DNA of 36,124 bases. Source: Octopus bimaculoides (Eukaryota). The notes under the pieces were generated by a model. The model made no database searches. It was not told the DNA's origin and saw only the letters and a list, made by a program, of their open reading frames with translations. The translations under genes were made by a program, and so were the position numbers. The stretch is taken from NCBI RefSeq assembly GCF_001194135.2, contig NC_068992.1, positions 8,343,982-8,380,105 of the forward strand, written 5' to 3'. Of the stretch, positions 35,348 to 36,124 are shown in pieces (positions within the stretch are counted from its first letter, which is position 1; the number at the start of each line of letters is the position of its first letter).

Positions 35348-35659
35348 TAACAGTATTAACAAAATAGATGGAATGTGTAATAAATTTCGTTGGGCACAAC
35401 GCATGTTTCGACCCGTTCTGGGTCTCTTCGGGTACATCAATAAAAAGTCTCACTAGAGATTTCCTGAGTCAGTTTACGTACCGCTATATGTCCATCAAAT
35501 TCGAATTTGATGGACATATAGCGGTACGTAAACTGACTCAGGAAATCTCTAGTGAGACTTTTTTTATTGGTGTACCCGAAGAGACCCAGAACGGGTCGAA
35601 ACATGTGTTTTACCCAATAAAATCTATTATACATTCTATCTATTTTATTAATACTGTTA
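35348..35659. repeat. Spacer-less 312-bp palindrome, probably Penelope-like in origin
   Basis: Symmetry axis lies in aaattc|gaattt at 35502/35503; the inner 61-bp arms are perfect; each arm carries CCGAAGA-GACCC-agaac-GGGTC-GAAACATG. Confidence 0.95.
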
Positions 35660-36124
35660 TATAGTTAACAAATGAGACAGATGGAAAATAGAATAGACGA
35701 GAATCTTTATCGCTAACAACAACCATTTGAACTCATCCTGCAGTGATCCCTCACAGGTGAGATACTGTACAACTGGTTGTGGTGCATCACTCGGTGTAGA
35801 ATTGTCTCGTCAGGTGATGTTATAAGGTGTATCTTATTAAATGATCCCTGTTTCGCTCAGTTTTAATACGGCATGTTGTTCAGGTAGTGAAAATGCTTCA
35901 TAGGCTAACTACTAGGGAAGATACTCAATACTTAAATAATTATTGGTACATGTATATATATATATGTATGTATGTATATTGGTATGCATATATTCACTTA
36001 AATAGGTATACATATATATATATATGTATATATATATATGCATGTATGTTAGTAAATATATGTATATATAGCCTATATGCATATGCATGTGTGTGTATGT
36101 GTATATATATATATATATATATAT

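Overview
AT-rich eukaryotic genomic DNA from a gapped short-read assembly. Eight N-runs lie at 691-1136, 5555-5837, 8110-8536, 18802-18939, 22438-22808, 30603-30682, 32713-32722 and 35242-35251, almost all flanked by microsatellites. The repeat content and microsatellite density suggest an Octopus-type cephalopod (inference from remembered repeat consensuses). The only solid gene is a plus-strand Na+/Ca2+ exchanger (NCX/SLC8 family). A 746-nt exon (10046-10791) encodes the N-terminus, TM1-5 and the alpha-1 repeat. A probable next exon lies at 26498-26607, and the Calx-beta and C-terminal exons were not found and probably lie downstream. The rest is intronic or flanking DNA holding about 25 tRNA-derived SINE copies of at least four modular families, a mariner left end, decayed non-LTR retroelement pieces (R4/Dong-like and L1/Tx1-like), a possible Tc1 remnant, and two long inverted repeats with degenerate hammerhead-like motifs typical of Penelope-like elements. 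Three observations are most worth testing: (1) the NCX exon is bracketed by inverted SINE pairs, and back-splicing would create a stop overlapping the start codon, resembling the mammalian circular SLC8A1 exon; (2) a near-perfect 312-bp palindrome and a hairpin with 78-bp arms; (3) SINE arrays sit in (AAT)n tracts near a Dong-like LINE remnant. All family assignments were made by eye with no database search, and repeat boundaries are approximate.
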